Both the position numbers and the translations under genes were made by a program. A stretch of DNA of 64,000 nucleotides from assembly GCF_009914755.1 (NCBI RefSeq), contig NC_060939.1; one strand, written 5' to 3'. The notes beneath the pieces were generated by a model. The model was not told where the DNA came from. It did not search any database and saw only the letters and a program-made list of their open reading frames with translations. This DNA comes from the human T2T-CHM13v2.0 reference genome, Homo sapiens. Shown one piece after another: positions 62,127-64,000 of the stretch (positions are counted from its first letter, which is position 1; every line of letters starts with the position of its first letter).

Positions 62127-64000
62127 GTTTTAGGCCTTCTACTTGATCTTAGCCACCACTCTCAGCATTGCCAGTACCTACTGCTGATTTTCTATAACAG
62201 ATGTCACTCTTATACATCTGGATAACTCTTTGAGTGGTGAAATGGCTAAGTCCAATTAAGAAACTTATCCAACATTTATTTACTGACTGTCAAATACACA
62301 AATAGCATTTGTCTTTGGATGAAAAGAAACCCTAAACAAATACATATTCTAGTTTTTGGTAAATTGTAGGTGGTCCCAGTACCACCAAACTCTGAAAAGA
62401 CCCTAACAACATTAAGGATAATTTATTAAGATACAAGGCATGTATATCTTTTCTCCAATCCCTCAAATACAGCCCAGTCATATGAACCATATAGCACCTC
62501 TCCCATTCTCACAGCTTGGGAAAAGGGGAGCGGGCAAGGGGGTGATAATAGAAGGCAACATCACACCAAATATTATAATAGTCCTGTCAGCCCTGTCGTA
62601 CCTGAGAAGTGTAGTTCACACTCACAAGAGCAGTGTAGCAAGTTATGCTCCTCTGGCACCTCCTTGGCAGGCATGTAACTACTAAATGACTTAGCAAAAT
62701 CTGGAGCTTAGAGGCCAGGGCACTCGTTTGCAGCTGAACACATTGGTAGGAATCATCTGTGGACCCCGTGGACACCACGGCTTTGAATGGTCTTTCTCCA
62801 TGTGCCCCTTCACTGGATGCCAGTTCATAGGGAAAGCATGACCCCCAAAATCCTAAGGAACAAACTCTGTATTCTAAAACGTTTCATTATGCTTCTATTT
62901 TATAAAGTTCTTTTGCAGATATTATCTCATGCAAGATAGGTTGTCATTCTATTTCATTTTTATGTATTGCCTTCATGGGTTGGAACAATTAATATGGCAA
63001 AGACATATAAGATATTCTGGATATATAGAAATCCAGAAAAATGAGGAAATGGCTCAGGGCCCTGTGATGAGTAGGGACAGACCTGGGATTTAAACTCAAG
63101 TCCTTCCCCCTAGAATCCATGCTTTCCTCTCTATTATAATAGGAATACTTGACATCAGTTTGATGCCTTGTGATACACAAAGCACATTTCCAATAATACT
63201 TTTTAACGAGAAGATATAAGTAAAATAACAATATGCCAAGCACATAATAGGCACTTGATACATAAACTTCCCTCTGCTTCTTTTTATTCATATATTATTT
63301 ACTGTTCTCTTTTGCTCAAAGGATTTGAGTAGACCATAACCTTTATTAACCACAGGGCCTAATAAAATAAGCAGGATTGGCCATCACATTCGGTCTCCTA
63401 ATATACTCCTTTGAGTGAAATGGTTTCAAGGTCAGAACATGGGATTGAGCAGTGCATGACCTGGGGCTTCATAGGCCAAAGGGAGAATGACAAATAGCTC
63501 TACACACCAGAAAGAGCATGACCTCTGATCCAAAAGGAAAGTTGGAGCCCGAAACTTCAATTCTAGATCAAGGTTCCACAATGGTGTTCACCTTTACTTT
63601 GGACAGATTTCCTCTTCATAATTGTTATGGACTGACGTAAGGGTTTGGCCACTAAGATACTGTTTTGACCAGAGTCCCGGGAATAGTTATATCCTTTCCA
63701 GATAATCCTTCTTCCTTATCCTCTCCATCCACTCTCTATCCTGAGACTGTTGTACACAGGAGACACAATAGCAGAAAGGGAACGAAAGTGCCAGGTCATT
63801 GATAGCTGTGTGAGAGTCCAACTCCCAAACTAAAATGCTGATAAAAACCCCTGTTACGGCAGGTGGGTTAGGCTTGAAGCCAAAGTGGACAAACCTCCAG
63901 CCCTCTCCTAATCCCCAGGCCCCCTTATATTATGGGACCAGTGTGTTTCACATGAGGCTGTGAAGACGGAGAGAGATGGTCAAGGTCAACTTATCCACCC

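Overview
Primate, almost certainly human, non-coding genomic DNA (intronic or intergenic; I could not identify the locus). It is AT-rich, has no CpG island and no credible protein-coding exon, and is dominated by transposable-element fossils: about 15 Alus (AluJ/S/Y, including one very young AluYa5-like copy), L1s (an internally deleted L1PB with both ends and TSDs, a 5'-inverted L1PA, a 2-kb L1PA13-16 3' end, and several ancient L1M/HAL1 remnants), many MIR and L2 fragments, MaLR/ERV LTRs (MST LTR plus internal sequence, MLT1, MER61-like) and DNA-transposon MITEs (Tigger3, MER20, MER2, Tigger2a, MER47, MER63, MER5). The recognisable ORFs in the track are L1 ORF1/ORF2 debris; the rest are Alu, simple-repeat or chance ORFs. 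I found no convincing new biological system. The most notable details are a tailless U2 snRNA 5' retro-fragment with TSDs, an orphan poly(A) insertion with a perfect 16-bp TSD, an unexplained ~130-bp local duplication (~87% identical, 2.4 kb apart), an Alu replacing ~1.4 kb of L1 ORF2, an Alu inserted at the apex of an old palindrome, and several repeat-free enhancer-like islands. Repeat family names come from recalled consensus sequences, not a database search; boundaries of old elements are approximate.
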